Assembly (NCBI GenBank): GCA_002269645.1
Contig: NIVC01000897.1
Location: forward strand, 248,001 to 312,000
Length of the DNA: 64,000 nt
From: Macrostomum lignano
Taxonomy: Eukaryota
Direction: 5' to 3'
Part shown: positions 63,701 to 64,000 of the stretch, one piece after another
Position numbering within the stretch: position 1 is the first letter of the stretch
Layout: each line of letters opens with the position of its first letter
Made by a program: the position numbers and the translations under genes
The notes under the pieces: model-generated
What the model was told of the DNA's origin: nothing
Database searches by the model: none
The model's input: the letters and a program-made list of their open reading frames with translations, nothing else

Positions 63701-64000
63701 AGCAGTTGTCTTGGGTGTAGCAGTCTGCCACTCTGGATTAAGTCAAATGCTGCTAAGCTCAAACTGACTGCAAAAAGCTATACTAATACTGTATATTCTG
63801 CGGATATGGCTATCTATAATTAGTTTGTGCAGCGCAATTCTATCAAACTTTTGTCGAAGTGCTCCTGTGTTCCAGTCACCATAATATTGCTATATTATTA
63901 ACAAGCTCATTTTTGTTAATTGTATTATAATGTTTCTTTACAAAAGAAATTTACTAACGTTTTGTTTTTAATTTTTCAAAGAGTTCAAATTCTCTTAGAT

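Overview
This is eukaryotic animal DNA with GT-AG introns. The innexin points to an invertebrate. GC-rich exons with GGC/GCC runs and very dense minisatellites suggest a flatworm such as Macrostomum (inference only). I could reconstruct four protein genes by hand: a class A peptide-receptor-like GPCR (-, 2 coding exons), an A20+AN1 zinc-finger ZFAND5/6-like gene (-, 4 coding exons, 199 aa), an intronless single-Ig type I membrane protein (+, 267 aa) and an innexin (+, 2 coding exons, 462 aa). About a third of the window (~20.6 kb by my boundary estimates) is micro- or minisatellite, and all the very long ORFs in the track are artefacts of these arrays. Mobile DNA includes a young 5'-truncated Penelope-like element with a 12-bp TSD and 270-bp inverted arms carrying type I hammerhead ribozymes, a hAT-type MITE family, a Tc1/IS630-like remnant cluster, a non-LTR 3' fragment and a tRNA-derived SINE-like head. 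The most unusual signals are three. (1) A ~2.55-kb CpG-free block in the ZFAND 5' intron, where a repeat copy shows CG->TA double changes relative to a sister copy. (2) That repeat itself carries a degenerate piece of 28S rRNA (the R2/I-PpoI target region) plus a perfect 5' splice site. (3) Tandem arrays repeatedly end within ~20-100 nt of splice sites. There are no CRISPR arrays or prokaryotic features.
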